Shown in pieces: positions 29,253 through 38,548 of a stretch of 64,000 bases of DNA. Each line of letters opens with the position of its first letter. Within the stretch, counting starts at the first letter, position 1. The notes below the pieces were generated by a model. It was given only the letters and a program-made list of their open reading frames with translations, was not told the origin of the DNA and made no database searches. A program made the position numbers and the translations under genes. The stretch is from Planctomycetota bacterium (GTDB lineage: Bacteria; Planctomycetota; UBA1135; UBA2386): positions 8,534 through 72,533 of the forward strand of contig CANEYR010000011.1 of NCBI GenBank assembly GCA_947444055.1, written 5' to 3'.

Positions 29253-31198
29253 TGTCCTCCTACGCCCGCCAGATCGACGAGCTCGGCATCGACGGCTACC
29301 TCGCGCGCTACGGCCATCGCGAGATGCTGCGTTTCCTCACCTGCGGCAGCGTCGACGACGGCAAGTCGACGTTGATCGGACGGCTGCTCTTCGACTCGCA
29401 CATGATCTTCGACGACGTGCTGGCGGCGACCCGCAAGGCGTCCGAACGCTTCGGCACGACCGGTCAGGAGGTCGACTTGGCGCTGCTGGTCGACGGCCTG
29501 CAGGCCGAACGCGAACAGGGCATCACCATCGATGTCGCCTACCGCTACTTCGCCACCGAACGCCGCAAGTTCATCATCGCCGACACGCCTGGGCACGTGC
29601 AGTACACGCGCAACATGGCGACCGGCGCCTCCAACTGCGACCTCGCGGTGATCCTGATCGATGCGCGCTACGGCGTGCTCGAGCAAACGCGGCGGCACTC
29701 GTTCATCTGTTCGCTGCTCGGCATCCAGCACTTCGTGATCGCCGTCAACAAGATGGATCTGGTCGAGTTCCGCGAAGAGCGCTTCGAAGAGATCCGCACC
29801 GCCTACGCCGACTTCGCGGCGCGACTGTCCGTGCGCGACATCACGTTCATCCCGATGTCCGCACTGAAGGGCGAGAACGTCGTGCACCGCAGCACGCAGA
29901 TGCCGTGGTACCAAGGTTCGCCGCTGCTCGCCCACCTCGAGACCGTGCACTTGGCGAGCGACCGCAACCTCGTCGACCTGCGCTTCCCCGTGCAGCATGT
30001 GCTGCGCCCGGACCTCAACTTCCGCGGCTACTCGGGCACGATCGCGTCGGGCACGATCCGAGTTGGCGACACCATCGCCGCCCTGCCGTCGGGCAAGCAG
30101 AGCCAGATCAAGTCGATCGTCACCTTCGATGGCGACCTGCAAGAAGCGTTTGCGCCGATGGCGGTGACGCTGACGCTGACGACGGAGATCGACATCAGCC
30201 GCGGCGACATGCTGGTCGCCCCCAACAACGCGCCACCCCTCAGCAACGCGATCGAAGCCATGGTCGTGTGGTTTCATGAAGAACCGTTGCAGCCGGGCCG
30301 CCAGTTCTTGGTCAAGCACACGACGGTGCAGACGGCGGCGACCGTGACCGACCTGCGCTACCGCATCAACGTCGGCACGCTGCACCGCGAAGCCACGGGC
30401 TCCTTGCAGATGAACGAGGTCGGGCGCATTCGCCTCGAGTGCGCGCGGCCCTTGGCGGCGGATGCCTACAGCAAGAACCGCGCGACCGGCTCGTTCATCC
30501 TGATCGACCGCCTCAGCAACGCCACGGTTGGCGCCGGCATGGTCGTCGAACGCAAACTCGCCGACGATGCGACGAAGCGCGCCGCCGGCAGCGCGGACGC
30601 CGGCAGCAACGTGCGCCTGCAGCACAATCGCCGCATCAAGCCAGAAGCGCGCAAGCAGCGGTTGGGGCAAGAGCCGTTCGTGCTGTGGATCACCGGCCTG
30701 CCGCGCAGCGGCAAGTCGTCGCTGGCCTACGCGCTCGAGCAGTGGCTGTTTGACAACCAACGCCATGTGCACGTGCTCGACGGCGAGATCCTGCGGCTTG
30801 GCCTCAATCGCGACCTCGGGTTCAGCGGCGCCGATCGTTGGGAGAACCAACGGCGCGCCGCCGAAGTCGCCAAACTCAATCTCGCCTGCGGCATCAGCAC
30901 GATCGTGGCGCTGGTCTCGCCACTGCAATTCGAACGCGAACAGGCCCGCGACATCGTTGGCGCCGAGCACTTCCTGGAAGTGTTCTGCGATGCGCCGCTC
31001 GCCGCCTGCGAAGCGCGCGACCAGGACGGTCTCTACGCCCGCGCCCGCGCTGGCGAGATCGACAACGTCACCGGCGTCGACGCGCCGTATGAACCGCCGA
31101 CGAAACCGACCCTGGCGCTGGACACCGTGCGCGACTCGGTCGATGCGAACGTGCAGAAAGTCATCGCCCTTCTCCGCAGTCGCAGCCTTGTTCGCTGA
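29252..31198 (+). CDS. cysNC: Bifunctional sulfate adenylyltransferase subunit 1 / APS-kinase-like domain (CysN-CysC fusion)
   Basis: It has GTPase motifs [14 protein letters not shown] and NKMD. The C-terminal ~175 aa are APS-kinase-like but divergent ([17 protein letters not shown]). Confidence 0.92.
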   Translation: MSSYARQIDELGIDGYLARYGHREMLRFLTCGSVDDGKSTLIGRLLFDSHMIFDDVLAATRKASERFGTTGQEVDLALLVDGLQAEREQGITIDVAYRYFATERRKFIIADTPGHVQYTRNMATGASNCDLAVILIDARYGVLEQTRRHSFICSLLGIQHFVIAVNKMDLVEFREERFEEIRTAYADFAARLSVRDITFIPMSALKGENVVHRSTQMPWYQGSPLLAHLETVHLASDRNLVDLRFPVQHVLRPDLNFRGYSGTIASGTIRVGDTIAALPSGKQSQIKSIVTFDGDLQEAFAPMAVTLTLTTEIDISRGDMLVAPNNAPPLSNAIEAMVVWFHEEPLQPGRQFLVKHTTVQTAATVTDLRYRINVGTLHREATGSLQMNEVGRIRLECARPLAADAYSKNRATGSFILIDRLSNATVGAGMVVERKLADDATKRAAGSADAGSNVRLQHNRRIKPEARKQRLGQEPFVLWITGLPRSGKSSLAYALEQWLFDNQRHVHVLDGEILRLGLNRDLGFSGADRWENQRRAAEVAKLNLACGISTIVALVSPLQFEREQARDIVGAEHFLEVFCDAPLAACEARDQDGLYARARAGEIDNVTGVDAPYEPPTKPTLALDTVRDSVDANVQKVIALLRSRSLVR

Positions 31199-31203
31199 TC
31201 ACC

Positions 31204-32415
31204 ATGGAACCAGTCATCGAAGCCAAGGGGCTCAGCAAGACGTACCGGATCTACGGTAACCCCTACCACCAACTGCTGGAGCTGATGCCGTGGAACAAGC
31301 GCCAACGGCACCACGCGGTGCATGCGCTGCATGACGTGTCCTTCGACGTCAAGCCAGGGGAGTGCATGGGGCTCGTCGGCTCCAACGGCGCTGGCAAGTC
31401 GACGCTGCTGAAGGTGCTCAGCGGCACCACCTACCCGACCGCGGGCAGCTACGCGGTGCGTGGCCGCGTCACCAGCCTGCTGGAGCTGGGGGCGGGGTTC
31501 CACATGGGCTTCACCGGCCGCGAGAACATCTTCATGAACGCGGCGATGATGGGCTTCTCGCGTAAAGAGGCGCAGAAGAAGTACCAGGAGATCGTCGACT
31601 TCAGCGAGCTCGGCGAATTCATCAACGCCCCCGTGCGCACCTACTCGTCCGGCATGGGCGCGCGCCTCGGCTTCTCGGTCGCGGTCGCCACCGAACCGGA
31701 TTTGTTGATCATCGATGAGATCCTGGCCGTCGGTGACATGAACTTCCGCCGCAAGTGCGTCGACAAAATCTTCGACTACAAGAAGCGCGGCAAGTCGATG
31801 TTCTTCTGCTCGCACTCGCTCTACGACGTGCGCCAGATCTGCGAACGCGCGATCTGGATGCGTTCGGGCCGCGTGCAGTTGCTCGCCGATGCGGTGACCG
31901 TCACCAACGAGTACGCAACCTACGAGAACAAGATCGCCGACGGCGCGGGCGACCCGGTGCCGTTTCGTGATGCTCCTGTCGTGCCCGACCGAGGCGTCGA
32001 TCACCCACACATCGTCGAAGGCTTGGTGATCGATCCGGCGACCGGCCAAGCGCGCAACCGCTTCTCGCCCGGTGACAACGCCGCGGTGCGCGTTCACATC
32101 AAGAATCCCAAGCGCGAGCGTCTGGTCGTCGCGGTCGGCGCCATGCGCACCGACGGCAGCCTGTGCTTTGGCCACACGACGCAGTTCGCCAACCTGCCTT
32201 TCGACTTCGCAGAGGGCCACGTGACCCTCTATCTCGACAACCTGCGGCTGTTGTCCGGCGAGTTCACGGTGCCGATCTGGCTGTTCGACGAGCACGGCGT
32301 GCATCGTTTCCAAGAACGGCCGGCGGCGCAGAATCTGATCGTCGCCAATCGCACGAAGGACATCGGCCTCTACCTGCAAGAGCACCGCTGGACGCTGGAA
32401 CCGATCAAGAAGTGA
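31204..32415 (+). CDS. Polysaccharide/O-antigen ABC exporter ATP-binding protein with C-terminal glycan-terminus-binding (Wzt_C-like) domain
   Basis: It has Walker A GSNGAGKST, the signature YSSGM, Walker B LLIIDE, and a ~150-aa beta-rich C-terminal extension. Confidence 0.88.
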   Translation: MEPVIEAKGLSKTYRIYGNPYHQLLELMPWNKRQRHHAVHALHDVSFDVKPGECMGLVGSNGAGKSTLLKVLSGTTYPTAGSYAVRGRVTSLLELGAGFHMGFTGRENIFMNAAMMGFSRKEAQKKYQEIVDFSELGEFINAPVRTYSSGMGARLGFSVAVATEPDLLIIDEILAVGDMNFRRKCVDKIFDYKKRGKSMFFCSHSLYDVRQICERAIWMRSGRVQLLADAVTVTNEYATYENKIADGAGDPVPFRDAPVVPDRGVDHPHIVEGLVIDPATGQARNRFSPGDNAAVRVHIKNPKRERLVVAVGAMRTDGSLCFGHTTQFANLPFDFAEGHVTLYLDNLRLLSGEFTVPIWLFDEHGVHRFQERPAAQNLIVANRTKDIGLYLQEHRWTLEPIKK

Positions 32416-32425
32416 TCGGCGCCGG

Positions 32426-32455
32426 TCGGCTCGGCTCGGCTCGGCTCGGCTCGGT
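32426..32455. repeat. Pentanucleotide microsatellite (TCGGC)x5 + TCGGT
   Basis: It was read directly in the convergent intergenic region between the ABC ATPase and permease genes. Confidence 0.9.
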
Positions 32456-32461
32456 CGCGGC

Positions 32462-32489
32462 CGTCGTCAGATCAGCGTCGTCAGATCAG
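32462..32489. repeat. 14-bp tandem duplication CGTCGTCAGATCAG x2 spanning the permease stop codon
   Basis: Read directly. The second copy contains the TGA (minus strand) of the 32481..33368 CDS. Confidence 0.9.
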
Positions 32490-33368
32490 GTCGGAGTACT
32501 TGTGCTTGCGGCTCATGAAGAACACGTAGCCGATCACGAACAGGCCCAAGGCCCACGCCGAGGCGACGCCGAGCTGCGGCCAAAAGGCACCTAGGCTCTC
32601 ACTGACGCCGCCGAGCGACAACCGGTACGCCTGGATCAATGGGAAGGCCGGGTTGCAGTTCGCAATCCACACCATCCACTCCGGCCCCACCTTGTCTTCG
32701 AGCAACTTCGGCTCCCAGAACACCGGCGACAAGAACATCCAGGCCATCGTCAGGATGCGCCACAGTTGCGCGGTGTCGCGCAAGAACACGTAGAGGTTCG
32801 CGAGCAGCAGTCCGATGCCGAGCGTCAGGACAAACTGCACCGCCATCACCAACGGCAACCCCAGCAGCAACCAGCCTGGCTGCGACACGCCCATGGCCCA
32901 GCCGGCGATGAAGCACACGATCGCGCCCACCAGAAACGTGATGATCGACGATGCCGCGACGTGCACGAGCATCACTTCGGAAGGGAAGGCGACCTTCTTC
33001 ACCAGGTTGCCGTTGTCGACGATCATCACGCACGACGTCGTCGTCGCTTCGCTCAGCGCGTGAAAGACGATGACCCCCGAGAACAGGTAGATCGCAAAGC
33101 CCGAGTCGGACATGCCACCCGCATTGCGATCGCGCAGCAGCTGGCCGAAGACGAGGTAGTAAACCGCAAACAGAAACAGCGGCTGCAGCAGGATCCACCC
33201 GACGCCGAGCATGCTGCCGTTGACGCGGCTCAGCAGGTCGCGGCGCAGGAAGTTCTGCACCATGAAGCGATTTCGCCAGACGAGAGTCGGGTAGCCCACG
33301 ATCGACGTGAGGTAACTGAAGGCTCCGCGCGAGGCGGTGGCGGCGTCAAAGTTGCGGACGAGTGTCAT
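32481..33368 (-). CDS. ABC-2 type polysaccharide exporter permease (Wzm-like)
   Basis: 295 aa with 6 predicted TM helices and the ABC-2 family pattern. It is convergent with the Wzt-like ATPase. Confidence 0.85.
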   Translation of the reverse strand: MTLVRNFDAATASRGAFSYLTSIVGYPTLVWRNRFMVQNFLRRDLLSRVNGSMLGVGWILLQPLFLFAVYYLVFGQLLRDRNAGGMSDSGFAIYLFSGVIVFHALSEATTTSCVMIVDNGNLVKKVAFPSEVMLVHVAASSIITFLVGAIVCFIAGWAMGVSQPGWLLLGLPLVMAVQFVLTLGIGLLLANLYVFLRDTAQLWRILTMAWMFLSPVFWEPKLLEDKVGPEWMVWIANCNPAFPLIQAYRLSLGGVSESLGAFWPQLGVASAWALGLFVIGYVFFMSRKHKYSDLI

Positions 33369-33510
33369 CGGTCGGCGGGCATTGGTCAGCGGGCGGCAGA
33401 CGTTACGGAACCGGCGCCAGCAGACCAGTGCGCCCTCGGGATCCGTTCATCGAACGCGGTGGCAACGGGACTCCAGGTGAACACACCGTCGCGAGCCTCG
33501 CCACCGGCGG

Positions 33511-34335
33511 TCAGCCCGCCGCCAAAGCTTCCAGCACCCGCTGCCGCAGCCATGGACGGCACACCACGATCTCATCATTGCGCGGATCCGGCCGGTTGTA
33601 GCCCTGATCCGAACCATCAAGACGGCACACCGTGAACCCCGCAGCGCGCGCCACCACCTCCGGCGCGCAGGTATCCCATTCCTTCAGGCCCTTCTTGTGC
33701 ACATAGGCATCGGCTTTGCCGAGCATCAACATCGCCACTTTGAAGCCGACGCTGCCGCAGGGGATGAGCTCGGCATCGCCGAGTTCGCGCGCGACCTTGG
33801 CGACGATCTCCGGCGTGTGACTGCGGCTGACGACCATGCGCAACCGCCGCGACAGGGGCGGGCCGTCATCGCCCGCCAGCACCATGGGCCATTCCCCACC
33901 CGCCCCATGCAGCGCCACGCGAATAGCACCAGCCGCGCATACCGCCGACACCACCCGGGAAATCGCCGGTAGCGCCACCGCTCCGAGCACGGGTCGCCCA
34001 TCGAGCGCCAACCCGACATGCACCGCCCAGTCCTGCCGTCCCTGTGAGAACTCCTTGGTGCCATCCAACGGATCGACGATCCACGTCCATCGCCGCGCCA
34101 AGCGCTCCGGCGCGTCCTTCGTCTCTTCCGACAAGATGCCGTCGTCGGGATAACGAGCCAGCAGAGCGCCCTGCAAATAACCGTCAGCAGCCTGGTCACC
34201 GACATCGCCAAGGATCGCTTCGTCCGTCCACCGACCGCTCGTTCGCACTGCCAACAAGCGTCGCCCCGCGTCCTCGGCAATGCGCGCAGCAAAGGCAAGG
34301 CGAGCGGCAATGTCAGCTTCCGTAGGCACGTTCAT
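33511..34335 (-). CDS. cysQ: 3'(2'),5'-bisphosphate nucleotidase (CysQ, inositol monophosphatase family)
   Basis: It has the IMPase motifs SEETKD, WIVDPLDGTKEF and EWDTCAP. Confidence 0.8.
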   Translation of the reverse strand: MNVPTEADIAARLAFAARIAEDAGRRLLAVRTSGRWTDEAILGDVGDQAADGYLQGALLARYPDDGILSEETKDAPERLARRWTWIVDPLDGTKEFSQGRQDWAVHVGLALDGRPVLGAVALPAISRVVSAVCAAGAIRVALHGAGGEWPMVLAGDDGPPLSRRLRMVVSRSHTPEIVAKVARELGDAELIPCGSVGFKVAMLMLGKADAYVHKKGLKEWDTCAPEVVARAAGFTVCRLDGSDQGYNRPDPRNDEIVVCRPWLRQRVLEALAAG

Positions 34336-34377
34336 GCCGTCCTCCCTAGCCGCCGCCGAACGTGAATGCCAGCGCGC

Positions 34378-35730
34378 TCACCCGTCGACTTCGAGCCCGC
34401 TCGGCAACGCGATGCCGAACAACCGTCGCGCGCATTCTTCGCCCTCCGCCAGCAACGTCGGGAAGTCCACTGCACAGTGATTGAGCACGCCAAAGCGATG
34501 CGAGCCAAGCCAGCGATACTCCCGCCGCAGCGACGCACCCCTGCTGGTCTCCACCCACAAGCGAGCCGCCGGATGCCGTTCGCGCAACCACGCCAGGGCC
34601 TCAGCACTCGGCGTCACCCCGGGCAAGCCATCGAACCGTCGAAATACAAAACTCGCCCCAGCCCCAGCCACCGGCGCCACGCGCGGCACCGACGTTGGCG
34701 ACAACCCCGCCGCCAAATGAATGGCCAGCCGCTCCAGATCGATGCCCGCCACCATTCTGTAGAGGGTCGCGAATTGCCCCGCCGACCGCGGGTTGATCTC
34801 AATGACGCGCACCGACTCGTCGTCGCCTACAAACAATTCAACATTGAAGAGTCCGTGGTCATAACCAACCGCCTTCACCGCCGCGACCGCGACTTCCTTG
34901 ACCTGCTGCTGCACGGGCTCAGGCAACCGCGATGGAAAGGTGAAGCCGGCGAAGTGGCGCGCGCCTTGCACAACGCCGGGATACATGCACTCATCCACCA
35001 CGCCCAGCACCTGCACATCCCCGCGCCACGCATAGCCGTCGACATTCACTTGGCTGCCGCGCATGGGCACTTCCAGCAACGGGCAATCGGTCGCACACGG
35101 CAGTGGCGTCACGCTCTTCGCCAACTGGGCGAAGGGTTTGTTGAGCAGCGCCAGCAGGTGGCGATCGACCCACGAGAGGCGCAAGTGCGCGGCCAGCTCG
35201 TCAGCGTCTTGCACGCAGCGCGCCATCACGGAGAACGACGCCTTCACCGGTTTGCAGAACAGCGGCCACTGCAGGCCTGCCTTGGCGACGGCGGCGGCGA
35301 GGCGTCGGGGATCGCGTAGTGCACGTTCTGGCAACCGCCACGGCAGCGCCGCCGCGTTCACCGTGGCGTCGGGCAGCGTGTTCGCGAGGGTCTGGCGGAA
35401 CAGCAGTTTGTGTTGGGCCCGCACGATGGCGGCGGGGTCGGCGCCCGGCAGGCCGAGCCGTTTCGCCATCACCGCCGCGAGCAGGCAACCAAACTGGTCG
35501 TCATTGGACCAAACGGCGTCGATGCGGCCGCGGTAGGTCGCGCACAGGCGATCGGCGAAGCGTTCGGCGTCGAAGGTGAGCAGCTTGAGCAAGCCGCGCG
35601 CGCGCATGCTGTCGAAGCCTTCGCGTTCGAGGTGCACGTCGTGGCTCTGGCGCAGCGCGTCGACACATTCCTGCTCCCACATACCTTGGAAGAGCAGGAG
35701 GAGGCGCAGCGGCGATCGCGGGCTCGGCAT
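34378..35730 (-). CDS. ATP-grasp domain protein
   Basis: 450 aa with a pre-ATP-grasp region followed by an ATP-grasp fold (VMARCVQDADEL..., VIEINPRSAGQFATLY). Confidence 0.7.
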   Translation of the reverse strand: MPSPRSPLRLLLLFQGMWEQECVDALRQSHDVHLEREGFDSMRARGLLKLLTFDAERFADRLCATYRGRIDAVWSNDDQFGCLLAAVMAKRLGLPGADPAAIVRAQHKLLFRQTLANTLPDATVNAAALPWRLPERALRDPRRLAAAVAKAGLQWPLFCKPVKASFSVMARCVQDADELAAHLRLSWVDRHLLALLNKPFAQLAKSVTPLPCATDCPLLEVPMRGSQVNVDGYAWRGDVQVLGVVDECMYPGVVQGARHFAGFTFPSRLPEPVQQQVKEVAVAAVKAVGYDHGLFNVELFVGDDESVRVIEINPRSAGQFATLYRMVAGIDLERLAIHLAAGLSPTSVPRVAPVAGAGASFVFRRFDGLPGVTPSAEALAWLRERHPAARLWVETSRGASLRREYRWLGSHRFGVLNHCAVDFPTLLAEGEECARRLFGIALPSGLEVDG

Positions 35731-35965
35731 CAGCGGGTAGAGGATGGCGGAGTCGGCGGCCGGTCACAACGGGGATGGAGCGGCGGCGGCGACGAGCGGT
35801 CGTGGTGGCGCTGCGGCGCTGCTTCGCGAGGGCGGTGGTGAATGTTCGGCAGACCTGTCGACGTGCGGGATCGATGACGGCGGTGCTGGTGTGCGGCGGC
35901 TCAGGTGGTGGCCACCCGGCCGCTGGTGGTCGGGTGGTCGCTTCCCTGTCTGGAGATATGCTGCC

Positions 35966-36018
35966 GTCGAACATGGACGTGCCGATGTTCGGCACTTCCA
36001 CCGAACACGAAGTTGGAC
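35966..36018 (+). other. attC-like or IS91-end hairpin element
   Basis: The element reads GTCGAAC-AT-GGACGTGCCGA-TGT-TCGGCACTTCC-12 nt-GTTGGAC. The right box fits GTTRRRY. The outer heptamers are complementary except for one position. Confidence 0.3.
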
Positions 36019-36167
36019 GAAACCGCTCCGCGGTAGCCCGCTCCTAGCCCCTCGTGCCGGTTGAGCGCGCCGTTCCTCCAGTCGCCACTGAATCCTCGCG
36101 GTCGCCCACGTCGTCGGCATGACACTTCTCGTCGCGGCGGGAGGTAGTCCCCTGACGAGGAAGACCG

Positions 36168-37007
36168 ATGACGCTGTTACGCGAGCGGATGGCAGAGGAC
36201 CTGCGCATTCGCAACTACTCCCCGAAGACGGTGGAGTGCTACGTGTCGATGATGGCGCGGTTCACGCGCGAGTTCGGGAAGCCGCCGGGCCAGCTCGGGC
36301 CGGCCGAGATCCGCACCTTCCAGGTGCGCCTGATCGAGAAGAAGGTGTCGTGGACGCAGTTCAACCAGACGGTCTGCGCGCTGCGGTTCTTCTACCGGGT
36401 GACGCTACCGCGCGACTTCGTGGTAGAGCACATCCCGTTCGCGAAGGTGAAGAGGAAGCTGCCGACGGTGCTGAGCGTCGACGAGGTGCGGCGGCTGCTG
36501 AGCGCGCCGACGAACATCAAGCATCGTGCGGTGCTGAGCCTGATCTACGCGACGGGCGTGCGACTGAACGAGGCCACGCACTTGCGAGTCAGCGACATCG
36601 ACAGCGCTCGCATGACGGTGCACATCCGCAACGGCAAGGGCGGCAAGCCGCGCATGGTGCCAATGTCCACGGCGCTGCGTGATTTGCTGCGCGCTTACTG
36701 GCTCGTGGATCACCCCCGTGACTATCTGTTTCCGGGGGTGCATCCAGATCGGCCGCTGCATGAGAGCAGTGTTCAGCATGCTTGCACCAAGGCGCGGTTG
36801 ATCGCTCGCATCGACAAGCCCGCGAGTATGCACACACTGCGCCACAGCTACGCGACGCATCTGCTTGAGCTCGGTGTCGACTTGCGCACGATCCAGAAGC
36901 TTCTGGGTCACGCGAGCTTGTCGACGACGGCGGTCTACATGCACGTGACCGGCCGGCTGCTGGACGCGGCGAACAAGGCAGTCGATCTGTTGGCGATCCC
37001 GACCTGA
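36168..37007 (+). CDS. Tyrosine recombinase (phage-integrase family, IS91-associated type)
   Basis: It has an N-terminal SAM-like core-binding domain (MAEDLRIRNYSPKTVECY) and catalytic residues in ATGVRLNEATHLRV, HTLRHSYATHLLE and GHASLSTTAVYMH. Confidence 0.9.
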   Translation: MTLLRERMAEDLRIRNYSPKTVECYVSMMARFTREFGKPPGQLGPAEIRTFQVRLIEKKVSWTQFNQTVCALRFFYRVTLPRDFVVEHIPFAKVKRKLPTVLSVDEVRRLLSAPTNIKHRAVLSLIYATGVRLNEATHLRVSDIDSARMTVHIRNGKGGKPRMVPMSTALRDLLRAYWLVDHPRDYLFPGVHPDRPLHESSVQHACTKARLIARIDKPASMHTLRHSYATHLLELGVDLRTIQKLLGHASLSTTAVYMHVTGRLLDAANKAVDLLAIPT

Positions 37008-37015
37008 CACCTGTC

Positions 37016-38176
37016 ATGGATCGGGCCACTCATGAAGTGGCCGACGTAGTCCGCCTCTTCGGCGACGCACTGTTGCGCGAAGGGGCGGTCACGCCGGCCC
37101 GGCGCCGCGTCATGCGCGCGCTGCTTGCCTGCCGCACGGCACAACTCGGCGGCCATGTCGAGTCGTGCGATTCGTGCGACTTCAAGCGCATCGCCTACAA
37201 CAGCTGCCGCAACCGGCATTGCCCGAAGTGCCAAAGCTCGCGGCAAGCGAAGTGGCTCGACGACCGCGCGAAGGACCTGTTGCCGGTCGAGTACTTCCAC
37301 GTCGTGTTCACGATGCCGGAAGAACTGGCGCGCATCGCGCTGCAGAACAAGCGCGTGGTCTACGGCATCCTGTTCGCGACATCGGCGGCGACGCTGCGCA
37401 CGATCGCTGCGGACGAGAAGCACCTCGGCGCCGAGGTCGGCTTTTTGTCGGTGCTGCACACATGGACCCAAGATCTGCGTCACCACCCGCACGTGCACTG
37501 CGTCGTGCCCGGCGGCGGTCTGGCGCCGGACGGCTCCTGGGTCGCTTGCCGTCCGGGGTTCTTCCTGCCGGTGCGCGTGCTCGGCGCAATGTTCCGCGGC
37601 AAGTTCGTGGCCGCGCTGCGGGCGGCGTTCGAACGTGGAGATCTGCGATTCCAGGGCTCGCTGCAGCCGCTGCGCGATCGCGCCGCGTTCGCCGCTTGCC
37701 TCGACCGAGCCATGGCCAAGTCGTGGGTCGTCTACAGCAAGCCGCCGTTCGGCGGGCCGGCGCAGGTGCTGAAGTACCTGGCGCGCTACACGCACCGCAT
37801 CGCCATCGGCAACCGGCGCATCCTCGATGTCTGCCCTGACGGGGTGACGTTCCGCTGCCGAGACCGCGCGCAACGCAATCGATCGCGCACGATGGTGCTG
37901 CCGGGAGTCGAGTTCCTGCGGCGCTTCCTGCAGCACATCCTGCCGCGCGGCTTCACTCGCTTGCGGCACTACGGGCTGCTCGCCAACCGGAAACGGGCGA
38001 CGAAACTCGCGGTGTGCCGCCTCCAACTCGGTGCGCCCATGCCGTCGACGGCGACGGTGCCGAGTGTGGTGCCGTTTCTATTGCCCGACGAACACTGCCC
38101 GGCGTGCCGCACAGGCCGACTGGTTCGTCGCCCGTGGCCAGGTCTTCGGATTCCAGAGGTCGCTGACTCGTCATGA
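37016..38176 (+). CDS. IS91-family transposase (zinc-binding N-domain + Y2 HUH domain)
   Basis: It has CDSCDF..SCRNRHCPKC, HTWTQDLRHHPHVHCVVPGG and LKYLARYTHRIAI, plus a C-terminal CPAC. Confidence 0.9.
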   Translation: MDRATHEVADVVRLFGDALLREGAVTPARRRVMRALLACRTAQLGGHVESCDSCDFKRIAYNSCRNRHCPKCQSSRQAKWLDDRAKDLLPVEYFHVVFTMPEELARIALQNKRVVYGILFATSAATLRTIAADEKHLGAEVGFLSVLHTWTQDLRHHPHVHCVVPGGGLAPDGSWVACRPGFFLPVRVLGAMFRGKFVAALRAAFERGDLRFQGSLQPLRDRAAFAACLDRAMAKSWVVYSKPPFGGPAQVLKYLARYTHRIAIGNRRILDVCPDGVTFRCRDRAQRNRSRTMVLPGVEFLRRFLQHILPRGFTRLRHYGLLANRKRATKLAVCRLQLGAPMPSTATVPSVVPFLLPDEHCPACRTGRLVRRPWPGLRIPEVADSS

Positions 38177-38434
38177 CGTCGCCTTGCTCGCTGACGACCC
38201 AGGGCAGTGCAATATCCGGTCGCGGATGCGGGCGAGGTCTGTACGTCGAGTGCTCAACACATGCCGTTCGCCACAGATCACGGGGCCTGCGACGACTTCG
38301 TGGCGTGAAAACCAAAGGGCAAGGGCGTCACCCTCAACCGTACCCTGCCACTCCGGCCCGCAGCGTCACTCAGCTACCTCGGTTGGCGGACCGTTACAGA
38401 ATTGCTTGCCCATAGCCGCTTGCACCGCGGCTTC

Positions 38435-38531
38435 GTCCAACTGATCCTATCCGGAAGAAGTCGCGTCCCGCCCGTCGCCGTTGTCGCGCATTTCGCGCGA
38501 CTTCCTCCGGATAGGATCCTCTTCGTTGGGC
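38435..38531 (+). other. attC-like recombination site A (97 bp)
   Basis: The site reads GTCCAAC (RYYYAAC)-T-23-bp arm-30-nt loop-23-bp arm (1 mismatch)-CTCTTC-GTTGGGC (GTTRRRY). Confidence 0.6.
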
Positions 38532-38548
38532 GGCGCAGGAGATCATCC

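Larger units (their letters stand above)
36019..38434 (+). mobile_element. IS91-family insertion sequence carrying a tyrosine recombinase and a Y2-HUH rolling-circle transposase; ends not resolved
   Basis: The two genes are 8 nt apart in the same orientation. The interval is bracketed by attC-like elements. No terminal inverted repeats are seen, as expected for IS91-type elements. Confidence 0.55.

Noticed and set aside
29249-32385. Long antisense ORFs, for example 29249..30970 (573 aa), 31033..32385 (450 aa), 6455..7912 (485 aa), 16664..18973 (769 aa) and 57602..60391 (929 aa).
   Set aside because: These are typical high-GC shadow ORFs. Their composition is Arg/His/Asp/Ala-rich without motifs, and each lies opposite a gene with unmistakable family signatures.
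32426-32489. Short repeats as a CRISPR array.
   Set aside because: The units are 5 and 14 bp with no spacers. No CRISPR-like repeat-spacer periodicity occurs anywhere in the window.
38443-38518. The 23-bp inverted repeat read first as the oriIS hairpin of the IS91 element, or as a transcription terminator.
   Set aside because: It is flanked by GTCCAAC and GTTGGGC boxes. It shares the GTTGGGC right box and overall geometry with the two palindromes that follow the next two ORFs, so an attC-like site is the more economical reading. An IS-end role is not fully excluded (see the IS91 finding).
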